Of a DNA stretch of 64,000 nt, positions 13,230 to 25,870 are shown one piece after another. A model generated the notes under the pieces. It had not been told where the DNA came from, searched no databases, and saw nothing but the letters and a program-made list of their open reading frames with translations. The stretch is taken from assembly GCF_006345805.1 (NCBI RefSeq), contig NC_042999.1, forward strand, positions 23,560,001-23,624,000. Direction: 5' to 3'. Numbering within the stretch: the first letter of the stretch is position 1; every line of letters begins with the position of its first letter. Made by a program: the position numbers and the translations under genes. Origin of the DNA: Octopus sinensis (taxonomy: Eukaryota).

Positions 13230-15650
13230 TGGCTGTGTGGTGAGTAGCTTGCTTACTGCTACCAAGTTGTCACGTTGTTTTTTGTTGCAGTGGAAGTCAC
13301 GTCGTAGATGAAAAATTGAACATTTGAAGCACGGCCACAGGTAAAGCATTTATTTTTTGGGAGCTCAGTGAGGTTTGTTGTCCGTATAGTTATTATTTTT
13401 TCGAACAAAGGTCTCCACTGGGTCCCAGACATTTGTCTGCCAGTGGTCGTACTAAAAGATTCACATTTTAGTGAGAATTGTGTGTGTTTTCGGGAAAATT
13501 GTTTGGTAATTTCTATGACTGTGTCTGTGCCCTTTCAAGTGGATTTTTACCATAAAGGATAGGAATACAGCCAGGGTTGGACGAAATACTAATTGTGCTG
13601 CGAAGGACTACCAGTTTGGATTACCAGAGTAGCAGAATTGTGTTGTGTTTCCTTCGCTCTTCCTTCTCTTGTCTGTCGTTCTGATCTTTTTTGAGTTTCT
13701 TTATAGACTTTCAATTGAACATTTTGATTTTTGTTTGTGGATTTTTATTTTTGTTTTGGCTATCAACATGGCAACTGTGAAATCCGCTTTGGAGTGGAAA
13801 ATTGCGGCCCCCAAAGAATGATTGAAAAATCATAAGGAGAGAACGGTGGTGTTAAGGGCCTATTCCAGGGTCTTTGACACCTTCAAGGTCTTCTCCGAGG
13901 AAGAAATTGAGGATTAGGTTTATCCGCAGGGGTGCGAAGTATGGAACTGTGTATGTACTTTTTGACACCCCTGCGGAAGCTCGTGATTTTGCGAGCATGC
14001 CTTTGGAGGGGGAGAAAATTTTGTTTCTCCCTACTTATGGTGGTAGAAAGTTGACAAGAGCCTTGGTGTGTGGGCTTCCACCCATTATAGGGCCGAGTGG
14101 ATAGAAGACATTATCCGCCGGGGCCTGGGTGGTGGCCCTGCCAAGCTGTTAAATGTAAAAATGTTGCCTGCGGTTGAGTGAGTCGGGTCAAAAGCAATTT
14201 TAACCCTATGGACCCAATCAGTCGATGATCTGGTTTTACCAGATTTTTTAACAATGGCCGGTTCCAGGTACCCGGTGATGGTTGAGGGACATCCCTCCAA
14301 GTGTCACCTGTGCCTGGAATCGGGCCATATAAAGAACTGTCGCCGGGACCAGGCAAGGGTCCTGGAAAAGTTAATTGAAAAGGTGTCCCCTGCTCCCCCA
14401 GTGAAGTAAAAAGTCGAGGAGGAGGTAACCTCCTCGAAAACAAAGAGGAAGAAAAGAAAGAAGGTGGACAAAAATGGTTGCCCACCGATGGATCCTGAGA
14501 GGGCGGAGGGGAGGGGGGTCCTCCAGAGATGTCGGAGGAACTCCACCCTCCCGTAGTAAAAGGAAAAAAGAAGAGAAAGAAAGAAAAACGGGGAATTGCC
14601 GGCGGCGGCATGTCCCGAAACCCCTTCGGTGGGATGTGTGTCACCGGAGGGGGGGGAGAAGATAACCTCGTCAGTGGGATGTGTGCCACCGAGCGAGGGA
14701 GTTGAGGCCCCTCCCAGTGAAAGTCGTGAAGAATATATGTTCTATCTCAGGAGAGGGGATATTGACAGTTTCGTGGAGAATAATATGGACAGTCGGGTCC
14801 TGGGATAGTCCGGTCCCGACTTGTATTGAGAGCTCATAATGGCCTTCACAAGTGGCTGCTCTGGTGCTGGAAAGAAAGTACTGTGATCTGATAATTGACT
14901 CGTGTAAAAACGAGAATTATAGAGTTCTTTTCTGGAGCCCCGGATTGCGGTTGCAGGAATGCCTGCAAGTTGCAAGAAAACTACACGGGGAAGGATTGTT
15001 GAGGTTTATCGCCTCCAATTTGTGTTTTATAATTGTATGGACTTTTTAGTCCAAATATATTGTATTTTAAATTGTAAGAGGGTTAATACCTCTGTATATG
15101 AGTTTTTAAAGAACAATGTTTTAGAGAAGCAGAGGAACAGCGGGCACTTTCTGTCTTCTCCCATCTTTATCATATTTCTATCATAATCATTCGCCTCATT
15201 AATCTTTATGTCCAGCCCGCAAAGCTACTTTATCTATGTGCTGCCTACATGGCAAATTTAATGCATTAAAGTAGCTTCCTTACCAACCACATGGTTCCGG
15301 GTTCAGTCCCACTGCGTGGCACCTTGGGCAAGTGTCTTCTATTATAGAATCGGGCCGACCAAAGCCTTGTGAGTGGATTTGGTAGACGGAAACTGAAAGA
15401 AGCCTGTCGTATATGCATGTGTGTGTATATGTTTGTATGTCTGTGTTTGTCCCCCCCCCAACATTGCTTGACAACCGATGATGGTGTGTTTAGATCTCCG
15501 TAACTTTGCGGTTCGGCAAAAGAGACCGATAGAATAAGTACAAGGCTTACAAGGAATAAGTCCTAGGGTCGATGTGCTCGAATAAATGCGGTGCTCCAGC
15601 ATGGCCACAGTCTAATGACTGAAACAAGTAAAAGCGTAAAGAGAGTATTA
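13230..15650 (+). mobile_element. SINE family B split by a 2-kb insertion
   Basis: The head ggctgtgtggtgagtagcttgcttac stops at 13256 and resumes at 15270 (agtagcttccttaccaaccacatggttccgggttcagtccc), continuing to the normal tail; compare the intact copy at 45391. Confidence 0.85.
13257..15269 (+). mobile_element. ORF1-only L1/Tx1-derived element (HAL1-like) with 14-bp TSD
   Basis: TSD agtagcttgcttac (13243-13256) / agtagcttccttac (15270-15283). Broken ORF from ATG 13768 with ..TYGGRKLTRALVCGLPP.. and knuckle CHLCLESGHIKNC (14302-14340). No endonuclease or RT motifs seen; ATTAAA at the 3' end. Confidence 0.7.
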
Positions 15651-15771
15651 TTCAATGTCAACGATCGCTAAGTATTAGCAATCTCGCTGCAATTCTTCAG
15701 ATGGTTAACTTCGGGTTTTTCTTTTTGGAACATGAATATTATCAGGAGTATAGATTTCAAACACTTATACA

Positions 15772-16191
15772 GGAGTGGCTGTTTGGTAAGTAGCTTGCTT
15801 ACCAACCACATAGTTCCGGATTCAGTCCCATAGTGTGGCACTTTGGGTAATTGTCTTCTACTATAGCCTCGGGTCGACTAAATCCTTGGGAGTGGATTTG
15901 GTTAACGAAAATTGAAAGATATATTGGGTTGGTGCATAATTTTTGCGGCTTTTTTTTTCAACAAATTGTATTCAGCACAAACAATAACAATATTTAACAA
16001 AAACATCTTTAAATGACGGTCTGACCGTCTGCCAAGCAAATGGGAAGCAGTAATTGCAGTAGATGGTGAATATGGCTCCGTAATAATCATTTAAAGATGT
16101 TTTTGTTACATATTGTTATTGTTTTTGTTGAATAAAATTTATATATATATATATGTATGTATGTATGTATATATATATATTATATATATAA

Positions 16192-16239
<48 letters not shown>

Positions 16240-16460
16240 TATATATGTAAAAGTAAAAATATACAAACTGGGACAAGAACGTGAAACACCTAGAAGACGA
16301 CACAAGAAACACAGGACGGGACATTCGAAGCCCTCAATCATCAGTCAAGAACCGGACATATATATATAAAAGAAAATGATAGAATAAGTACTAGGCTTAC
16401 AAAAAATAAGTCCTGGGGTCGATTTGCTTCGCAGTGAAATAACTGAAACAAGTAAAACAA
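15772..16460 (+). mobile_element. SINE family B interrupted by a mariner MITE and (TA)n
   Basis: Head at 15772, break at ~15920, tail gatagaataagtactaggc resumes at ~16378. Confidence 0.75.
15924..16140 (+). mobile_element. Mariner-derived MITE, right end lost in (TA)n
   Basis: TA then TIR ttgggttggtgcataa; internal LPSKWEAVIAVDGEY transposase C-terminus; matches 49715-49973. Confidence 0.8.
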
Positions 16461-16744
16461 TAGTCACTATGATGATATTTAGACCTCTTATAGGGATATA
16501 TTTGTCCAAGTATACTAGTTTAATATATTGTATTTTGGAGAGGTATTTCTTCAATGAATATCTTATATAGAATATCATAAAATATCAAATATTATTATTT
16601 AGTTTGAAAACTGAGAGATCCAGTGGATCCAGTGGATATATTTATTAATCAATTAACCACCTTCACCTACAATTGTTTCCTTTCGAATCCAATTTAAACT
16701 ACAAAACATGTGTGTGTGTGTGTGGTGTGTGTATACACAGTTTT

Positions 16745-16993
16745 ATTCTTTTATTTGTTTCAGTCGTTTGACTGCGGCCATGCTGGAGTACCGCCTTTAG
16801 TCGAACAAATCGATCCCAGGACTTATTCTATGCAAAGCCTGGTAATTATTCTATCCGTGTCTCTTTTGCCGAACCGCTAAGTTATGGGGACGCAAACACA
16901 CCAGCATCGGTTGTCAAGCAATGGTGGGGGGACAAGCACAGACACAAAGACACACAACACACTCACGCACACACACACACATACATTTATATA

Positions 16994-17049
<56 letters not shown>

Positions 17050-17500
17050 CGACAGGCTTCTTTCAGTTTCTGTCTACCAAATCCACTCACAAGGCTTTAG
17101 TCAGCCCGAGGCTATAATAGAAGACACCTGTCCCATGTGCCACGCAGTGGGACTGAACCCAGAGTCATTTTTTTATCTTTTACTTATTTCAGTCATTGGA
17201 CTGCAGCCATGCTGGGGCACTACCATGAAGGTTTTAGCCGGACAAATCGATCTTAGTATAAATATGCTTCGAAAGTCTGGTTCTTATTTTATCGGTTCTC
17301 GTTTGCCGAATTGGTAGTGATGTGTTTGTCCCACAAATGCACGCATACATATACAACGGGCTTCCACACAGTTTCTGTCTACCAAATTCACTCACAAGGC
17401 TTTGGTTGGTCTGGGGCCATAGTAGAAGACCCTTACATAAGATGCCGCGCAGTAGGACTGAACCTGGAAGCATGTGGTTGGAAAGGGACTTTCTTACAAC
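16745..17500 (-). mobile_element. Two SINE family B copies
   Basis: Reverse complement of the family B consensus with internal (CA)/(TA) microsatellite. Confidence 0.8.
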
Positions 17501-17558
17501 ACAACCATTATATAATTGTTCAATGTTATATATTTATTATCAATAATAAAATAATAAA

Positions 17559-18056
17559 TGCGCCCTTTTAAAGCCTAGCCAGGCTCATGGGCCCGGTTTC
17601 CCGGTTTCTATGGCGTATGTGTTCCCCAGCTGGACAGGACGCCAGTCCATCGCAGTGTTACGCATTTTTGGCAGCTGAGTGGACTGGAGCAACGTAAAAT
17701 GAAGTGTTTTGCTCAAGAACACAACGGATCGCCCGGTTCAGGAATCGAAACCACAATGTTATGATCATGATGCTGGCACCTTAACCCCTAAGCCACGGGC
17801 CTCCACTCAAATAAATGTGCTCTTTCAAAGCCTAGCCAGAATCATGGGTCCGGTTTCCCGGTTTCTATGGCGTATTTGTTCCCCAGCTGGACGGGACGCC
17901 AGTCCATCGCAGCGTTACTCATTTTTGCCGGCTGAGTGGACTGGAGCAACGTGAAATGAAGTGTTTTGCTCAAGAACACAACGCGTTGCCCGGTCCAGGA
18001 ATTGAAACCACAATCTTACGATCATGATGCTGACACCCTAACCACTAAGCCACTGC
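17559..18056 (-). mobile_element. Tandem dimer of SINE family D (tRNA-like head, V-SINE-like central motif)
   Basis: Sense strand: tggcttagtggttag (A box), ggtttcgattcc (B box), gcgatggactggcgtcccgtccagc; two head-to-tail units. Confidence 0.85.
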
Positions 18057-18399
18057 CACCACATTTATTATTAATGAGCAACAAAAAAAAAAAAAAACAA
18101 CAGAAGTAGCAGCAGCAGCAGTAGCAGCAGCAGCAACAATGGAAAACTTGTAAAGCTTAAAATAGATGTACAAATAGACAAATAATTGTTTTACGTAGAA
18201 GAGAAAACTGTCCTTGCTATATTTTTCTTTGTTGACTGTTGGCAAGAATTGCTTTTCTTGGAAAAACCTATTGAAATCTAATTTTTAAAAAGAAAATCCT
18301 GTACATTAAACCACCAACCAACACTCACCGATCTTTAATCGTCAACCGACCGATACTTGAAACGAGAAAATTCTCTATCTACCCACGATCAACCAATCC

Positions 18400-18905
18400 C
18401 AATACTGCCACTACCATTCTCCCTCACCTTCTCCCCCTTCTCCTCTTCATCTATCACGACGACTACGACTACGACGACGACGATGACGGTGACGATGAAC
18501 ATCACCATTACCATCACCATCACCAACAACACCACCACCTTCACCACCACCATCACACCACCGCCACTATCACCACCACAACCACAACCATCACTACCAC
18601 CACCGCCACAACCACAACCACCACCACCACCACCACCACCACCACCATTACTACGACGACCACCACTACCATCACCACCACCAGCACCACCACCAGCACC
18701 AGCACCACCAGCACCAGCACCAGCACCAGCACACCACTACCATCACCACCACAACCACCACCACCACCACCACCACATCCATCACACCACCACAACCACA
18801 CCACTACCACCACCACCACCACTACCATCACCACCACAACCACCACCAACACCACCACCATCACACCACCACCACCACCACCACCACCACCACCACCACC
18901 AGATA
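18400..18905. repeat. (CAC/CCA)n cryptic trinucleotide array
   Basis: Direct reading; poly-P/H/T ORFs are artefacts. Confidence 0.9.
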
Positions 18906-19048
18906 ATGTACATCGACAAAGATATATAATCTGTTCTGCTTGCCTATAATATTCGGGCGTGCGAATGTTACGCTTATAACAACCTTAACTACGAAATGAA
19001 ATCGATGACATAATCGAAATCGTTAATAGATATAATTGTTAGACGCAT

Positions 19049-19975
19049 GGCTGCGAGCTGGTAGAATCGTTAGCACGCCGGGCGAAATGCTTGTGTGTAT
19101 TTCGTCTGCCGCTACGTTCTGAGTTCAAATTTCGCCGAGGTCGACTTTGCCTTTCATCCTTTCGGGGTCGATTAAATAAGTATCAGTTGCGCACTGGGGT
19201 TGATATAATCGACTTAATCCGTTTGTCTGTCCTTGTTTGTCCCCTCTGTGTTTAGCCCCCCTTGTGGGCAGTAAAGAAATAGGTATTTCGTCTGCCGCTA
19301 CGTTGTGAATTCAAATTCCGTCGAGGTCGACTTTGCCTTTCATCCTTTCGGGGTCGATTAAATAAGTATCAGTTGCGCACTGGGGTCGATATAATCGACT
19401 TAATCCGTTTGTTTGTCCTTGTTTGTCCCCTCTGTGTGTAGCCCCTTGTGGGCAGTAAAGAAATAGGTTTTTCGTCTGCCGCTACGTTGTGAATTCAAAT
19501 TCCGTCGAGGTCGACTTTGCCTTTCATCCTTTCGGGGTCGATTAAATAAGTATCAGTTGCGCACTGGGGTCGATATAATCGACTTAATCCGTTTGTTTGT
19601 CCTTGTTTGTCCCCTCTGTGTGTAGCCCCTTGTGGGCAGTAAAGAAATAGGTATTTCGTCTATCGCTACGTTCTAAGTTCAAATTCCGCCGAGGTCGACT
19701 TCGCCTTTCAGCCTTTCTCAGTCGACAAAAATATGTACCAGTTAGGCACTGGTTTGTCTGTCCTTGTTTGTCCCCTGTGTGTGTAGCCCCTTGTGGGCAG
19801 TAAAGAAATAAGAATCGTTAGCATGCTGGAAAACTCGCTTAGCTGCATTTCTTCCGACTTAACCGCTCTGAGTTCAAATGCCATCGAGGTTGAATTTGCT
19901 TTTCATCAATTCGCGATTGATAAAGTAAGTACCAGTTGAACACTGGGGTCGATGTAATCGACTTACTTCCTCGAA
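19049..19975 (+). mobile_element. SINE family A head-to-tail multimer (184-bp period)
   Basis: One full unit, then headless units starting at 19283, 19467 and 19651, each joined as aaagaaatag|gtatttcgtc. Confidence 0.9.
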
Positions 19976-20391
19976 ATTGCTGACCTATTATCAAAATTTG
20001 CATGTTCAAAGTAGAGTGGACCTCGCTACCACTATGACAACAAACAGTAGCAGCAGCAGCAGCCGCAGCAGTAGCAGCAGCTTGAGAAGCGACAACAGAG
20101 CTCCAGGATTTAATTCCAATTATGAAGCTGACCTTCCCACCACAAATGAAACTGTACCGAAGACATCAATCAACAGCAACAACAAATTAAGAGCACGGTC
20201 ACAATAGACTCTGCCACCACTACCACCACCGCCACCACCACCACAACAACAACGACAAAAATTATGATAAAGGAAAAAACAAAGCAAAAACAACAGTAAC
20301 CTCGGCGACTTAAACAGCACAATATTCTTTTCTACTCTAGGAACAAGGCCCGAAATTTTTGGGGAGGGGGACAGTCAATTAGGTCGCAACT

Positions 20392-20837
20392 GGGATCTTT
20401 TCGGTTTGAACGGCTTTTTTTTCTAGCGGTGTCATATGAAATTGTCACCCATAATTATGACCCTAGAATCGATCGATCTATTGCATTTCAATCTGTTTTA
20501 GGGTTAGGGTTAGAGTTAGGGTTAGTTAGGGTTAGGGGTGGGGGGGAAGGGTATCTTTTTTTCTTCAGAAATGTAAATAAACCCAATCTGTTTCTTAAAC
20601 GAGCGACATATTCATACGGCACAGAATGTTTTCACCTCAATAGACGTCATTGATTGGTTGAAATTGAAGAAATTGAAGAAAAGAAACAACAAATATCTTA
20701 CAAACCATAGAATTTTCTCAATAAAGCCAAGAGAAAAAGATGTTTTATAAACACATTCTACCAGTATACGAAGTTTAAAAGTGTTTAGTAACGTGGAAAT
20801 TATTTTTAAAAACTGCCGGTCAAACCGAAAAGATCCT
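20392..20837. mobile_element. TIR MITE with 6-bp TSD and internal TTAGGG-like repeats
   Basis: TIR gggatcttttcggtttgaacggc / gccggtcaaaccgaaaagatcct; TSD gcaact (20386-20391, 20838-20843); inserted in a minus-strand SINE A. Confidence 0.8.
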
Positions 20838-21399
20838 GCAACTGGTACTTAATTTATCGATCCCGAAAGGATAAAAGGCAAAGTCAACCTCGGCAGAATT
20901 TGAACTCAGAACGTAAAGATAGACGAAATACCGCTAAGCATTTCTACCGGCGTGCTAACGTTTCTTATTTCTTTATTGCTCATAAGGGGCTAAACATAGA
21001 GGGGACAAACAAGGACAGACAAAGGGATTAAGTCGATTATATAGACGTAATTGACTTAATCCATTTGTCTGTCCTTGTTTGTCCTCTCAGTGTTTAACCC
21101 CTTGTGGGTAGTAAAGAAATAGGTATTTCGTCTATCTTTACGCTCTGAGTTCAAATTCCACCGAGGTCGACTTTGCCTTTCATCCTTTCGGATAAATTAA
21201 TTTACCAGTTGCATACTGGGATTTGATCTAACTGACTGGCCTCCTCCCCCAAAATTTCGGGCCTTGTGCCTAGAGTAGAAAAGAATATTCCCATTGTAAA
21301 TAACAAGGACGGCAACAATAATACATTCGCAGTAAAGGCACAGAGCTATCTAGGATAGACACATATTTATCTGTGTCACGCAATGAAAATGCAGAGGAA

Positions 21400-24300
21400 C
21401 TCCAGTCTAAAAGGAAAAAAACCCCAATAAAACATCATCCCTAACACTAACACACACAAAAGACAAATAAAACACACCTACAACAGAAAGAGACACACCT
21501 ACAGGATTATTGCAGATCCCTGCAGCAAAGTAGCCGTCAACACATCTACCGCTGTTACAATCAGATCCACCGACACTGCCACAACTGCAACAACCCACGA
21601 ATAGAAAACATCCTCCTCAGCAACAACCAGCCAGATAAACACAAAACTTCCTGTTTGTGAGGAGGACCAACAAAGAATTGATGGCCTTCATAGTACAAAC
21701 GAAGGACATCGAAAGAGAGGGTTTGATCTTCGGCACCAGCACCTTTTAAGAGCCAGAAACACTGATGATGGTCTGGATGCCTCTAGAAACATATAAAAAC
21801 ATTCGGAAGAGCTTCTCCCACGACGTAGCAACCCCTAATGTAAAATTCACAAGTAGGCTTTTATGGAGGTTCTCAAAGGGAACCTCAACATGATACGGAT
21901 GTTGAACAACTTGAACTCCTGCAGAACCTGATGGTATAGACGTCCTTTGTTTCTTCTCCAAACCCTGTCCAGTTATCATGGCCGGTTTAAGAGCAGGTTG
22001 TATATATGTTCGTAAATTGGGGTCGCTCTAGAAGCAAGGTCGCCTACTCAGTGTCCTCAGGTCACTAGCTATGGAGGTGGCATCCGTCAGCGAAACCAAG
22101 ATTTCCGACACACACAATCTACCCTCCACTTTCGACGATTTTGAGATCTACACATCTCTTAGTCGGTCTGGACTGGGAGGCGTGATGGCAGCGGTTTAAG
22201 AAAGGCATGGATCTCGAGTTACGGACAATCTTTCTGAGATCCGAAGATAAGTTGATGGTCCTGGATGTCAGCAATAGCGAAGGTGGTACATTTAAACTAG
22301 ACGCTGTGTACGCCCCGGCTGGGGCGAAGCAGTCAAATTTCTTCAGACGTTTGAAGGTTTTCCTTGGGACGTCTCGCTGTTTAGTTCAAGTGGGCGATTG
22401 AAGCACCATCTTGGACGCACGTCTGGAGAAGGTAGGGCTAGCCGATATGGTAAAAGCTTCACAAACTTGCTCAGTTACTTTTGATTGGCTGACAGGTACC
22501 GACAGGATTTCCTGAATGCGTTCATGTAGACGCGGACATATAGCATCGGCTCCTCCAGTTCATATCTACGTAGAGTAGTTTGTAGGCCTGCAGATAGAAG
22601 TAGCATAAGTTGTCCGCAATTCAAAGTCGTCATTTACACAGACCATAAATTTATGGTCTGTACGGTCGACATAGATAGGATCAATTGGCAAGGACTCGGA
22701 TATTGGAAATTGAATGCGTCTTTCCCTACTCGTCAAGCATTCAGGGACCAGGTTAGCAAGTTAGTCCATCGGAAGTTGTCAGCTGCAATCGTCAACAACC
22801 GATGGTAGATAGCGTTGAAAAGGGTTATTAGAGTAAAGGTGGTAAAGAAATAGTGTTAGAGAAATCTAGGGTTGAGGGAGATCTAGCCATGAAGCTAGAA
22901 GAGGCATAGCGACCGTCGTGCTGGCGGCGAGATGGGCTCTTGATCAATTCTTCGATGCGAAGAACGAAGGTTGCTTTGTCAGAGCTAAGACACGAGGAGA
23001 CGAAAGCTGTTTGGTGGGCCTGGGTGGAAGAGGTGCAACGTGGCAACAAAGCCACAATTCGGTCATTGACAGGTCGGGACGGGCGCATGCTGCTCGAATC
23101 CAAGCACATATTTGCAGAATTTCAGCTGCATATTGCCGAACTCTACGGAGTGTGCCGTGAGTCGGAGACGGAGGTGGATTTCAACTCTTACCTCTGCGGC
23201 ATGCCGCGCCTTTCGGCTATGGATGCGGGGTTCTACGACATGCAGATAACAGCTGAAGACACACGGGGCGCGATGACGTGCTGCACAAGGAAGAAGTCTC
23301 AACAGCTGGAAGGTCTGCCCTTCGAACTTTATCTTTATATGCCAGAATTGTTCGATTATCTCCTGGCGGATGTCTACACCCATTGGGTGCAGAACGGGAG
23401 AATACCCAGTGCTATGAGCCGTGGCGTGGTGGTGTTGCAGAGAAAGAACCCGAGCGAGGGGGACCAAATAAATAATTTTAGGCACATAACTTTTCTCAAC
23501 GCAGAGTGTTAGCCAAAATGTTGGATCTGGGCGTTGATAAGTGGGTCGGTGACGCGCAGATACGCGCTATCTCGAACAGATCTATCAGTGGCAACCTCCA
23601 CCTCATGCGCTACATCACAGAAAGGGCAGGGAAGGAACCTGGCATGGGTGGGGCCCTGATCAATTTGGATCAATCAAAAGCTTTTGATAGGGTCGACCAT
23701 CAATACTTGAAGGCTGACCTCGCAGCGGTCGGTTTCGGTGCCGTTTTCAGAGGCTGGATTGCTGCAATTTTCAGCGATATCTGTTCAGTAGTCAAAGTAA
23801 ATGGCCACCGATTGGAATCGTTTAGCATCGCACGTTCGGTTCATCAAGCATTCCTACTCTCAACCCTTCCGTACGTTCTGGCTCACGAGCTATTACTAAG
23901 GAAGCTGGACGTTTCGAGGGGCATCGCACGTGAACTAGGATGTGGAAGGTTCGTTTCGGCTTATATGGACGACGTCACCATAACAGTGTTGGACATCTCA
24001 GAAAAGGAGTACAAAGCTGTGGTAGGAGAAGTCGGTGGGCCTGCAGCTTAGCACCTGGAGAAGCAGGCCCATGCTACCCAACAGCGTTGTAGGGTTTTGG
24101 ACGAAAGGACTGGTTAAATTGCTCGGGTGAGTAAGAAATGGAGGGAGGTCACAAGCGGGGTGACCAGCCTCAACCAGAAATTGGGAGAAAGGAAGCTGTC
24201 TCTGAAGAGTCGAGTGGAGGTGGCGAATGCGTACATCGCTTCCGTCATTTGCTGCCGTCCGAGAGTCGTCCCTTACTCTACTTCGTGGATGATCATGCGT

Positions 24301-25415
24301 TAGTAATTGCTCTTTCGCTTTCTGTGGAAGGGACATGTTCTGCTCATCAGACAGTCCATCTGTTGTCAGCAGCTTCTGAGTAGAGGACTGGGTATGCCGT
24401 GGCTAATGATGTGCAGATATGCACTGAGGCTGCGACGTCTATAAGGGATTAATGGCGGGCAAGAGCGACAACATCCTCGGAGAAACTGGCCGTCGGAAGG
24501 GATCATTTAGCTGGTCTGTTCGAGAAGATACTTTCCACTTTGGCCAAGCCCTCATCGACTTTTTCAAGTTCCACTTGAAAAAGAAAGTAAGGGTAGAAAG
24601 GGAAGTAGTACTTCCCAGTATTTTTGTTGAAAGGTAGGTAAATGTAGTGAGGTTGGCCCCTGTGAAAGAACCCATGGATAATTTCTAGAATTCCTTGGTC
24701 TGGCAGTGCTACTGGGGGAGCTCTGCTGATTCGAGACAAGCTCTACAGGCATGGAACTGCTGTCAGACGGATCTGTCGAGATGTTTGCAGGGTGACGAAA
24801 CCGTTCTGCATGCACTCGTCCAGTGCCCTGGCATTCCTGATTTGTGAAGCTTTGTCAAAAAGCTGTTGACGTGTGTAGGACGGATCCGGTTATCAGCCGA
24901 GTCCACTGTGAAGATGGCCATGCCACTTTCTTTTAGCCGGAAAGGGAAAGCAGTTTCCCCCAGTGACTATAGCAAAATAGATACAAGTGGTGTACAAGGT
25001 TGAAAGGATTGAAGACGGATACTTTCTACTTTGGCCAAGCCCCCACCGACTTTTTCAAGTTCCACTTGAAAAGGAAAATAAAGGTAGAAAAGGAAGTAGT
25101 ACTTCCCAGTATTTTTGTTGAAAAGTGGGTAAATGTATCAAGGTTGGCCCCTGCGAAAGGGCTTACTTTGAACATACGCTTGTAATTCGGAGGAGATGAG
25201 GAGAGAGTCACCGGCTGAGGTCCCTGGCAGTCAGTATAACCAGGATGTGTCGGGGGTTCTACGGGTGCCCTGGGTGGAATTCTTGCTTCCACTTTAGGGA
25301 AATTTTGTTTAACTTTTGTTGTTAATTGATCTTGTTTTTTTAATACTATTTTTTATGCTAATTGTGTTTTGAACCTTTTTGTTTTGTTTTCGGCCTTTGT
25401 GACCAAAAAAGAAAT
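21400..25415 (+). mobile_element. Decayed near-full-length Tx1/L1-clade LINE
   Basis: APE motifs (VSETK, AVYAP, VGD, TDHK, GYWKLNAS); RT motifs (LDQSKAFDRVDH, AYMDD); CRDVC..ETVLHALVQC zinc knuckle; C-terminus FFKFHLKRK; 3' UTR into attattatt. Many stops and frameshifts; the 5' limit is uncertain. Confidence 0.85.
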
Positions 25416-25419
25416 TATT

Positions 25420-25870
25420 ATTGGGATAACTGAGTGTATGAGCGACGATGACTTAGGATCGATTCTGGGCGTCGACGAGAACAGTTTGAGTGGTCTCTTC
25501 CGGAGGACTTTCGGGTTGAAGATCATGGACAAATCTTTTGTATAGGAGGTCTACATGGGGGAGCATTCCCTGTTCGAGACAACCTCTTTAGGTATAGACG
25601 AGTAAACAGCCAAAAACTTGTTCGAGATGCATGCAAGTGGGACGAAACCGTCTTGCATGCATTCGTTCAGTGTCCGTGCATTAGAGACTTGTGGGCTTGT
25701 GTTGAGCAAGTTGCTGCCCCACGTAAGACGAGCGTATAGTGAAGATCAACGCACCACCTTTCTATCGCAGAGATGGAAGGCAGATCATTCTCTGCTTAGT
25801 AGCTGGAACCAAAGAGGCTGTAGGATGGAATCCGTCCGAAAAGTTTGAAGACAGGCACTTTCCTATCTGG
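25420..25870 (+). mobile_element. Older Tx1-like ORF2 C-terminal fragment
   Basis: CSRCMQV..ETVLHAFVQCP zinc-knuckle remnant at ~25617-25680. Confidence 0.6.

Noticed and set aside
16295-16350. Third hammerhead candidate on the minus strand (CTGATGA..ttcGAAT)
   Set aside because: GAAA is mutated to GAAT and no convincing stem I; at best a dead relic.
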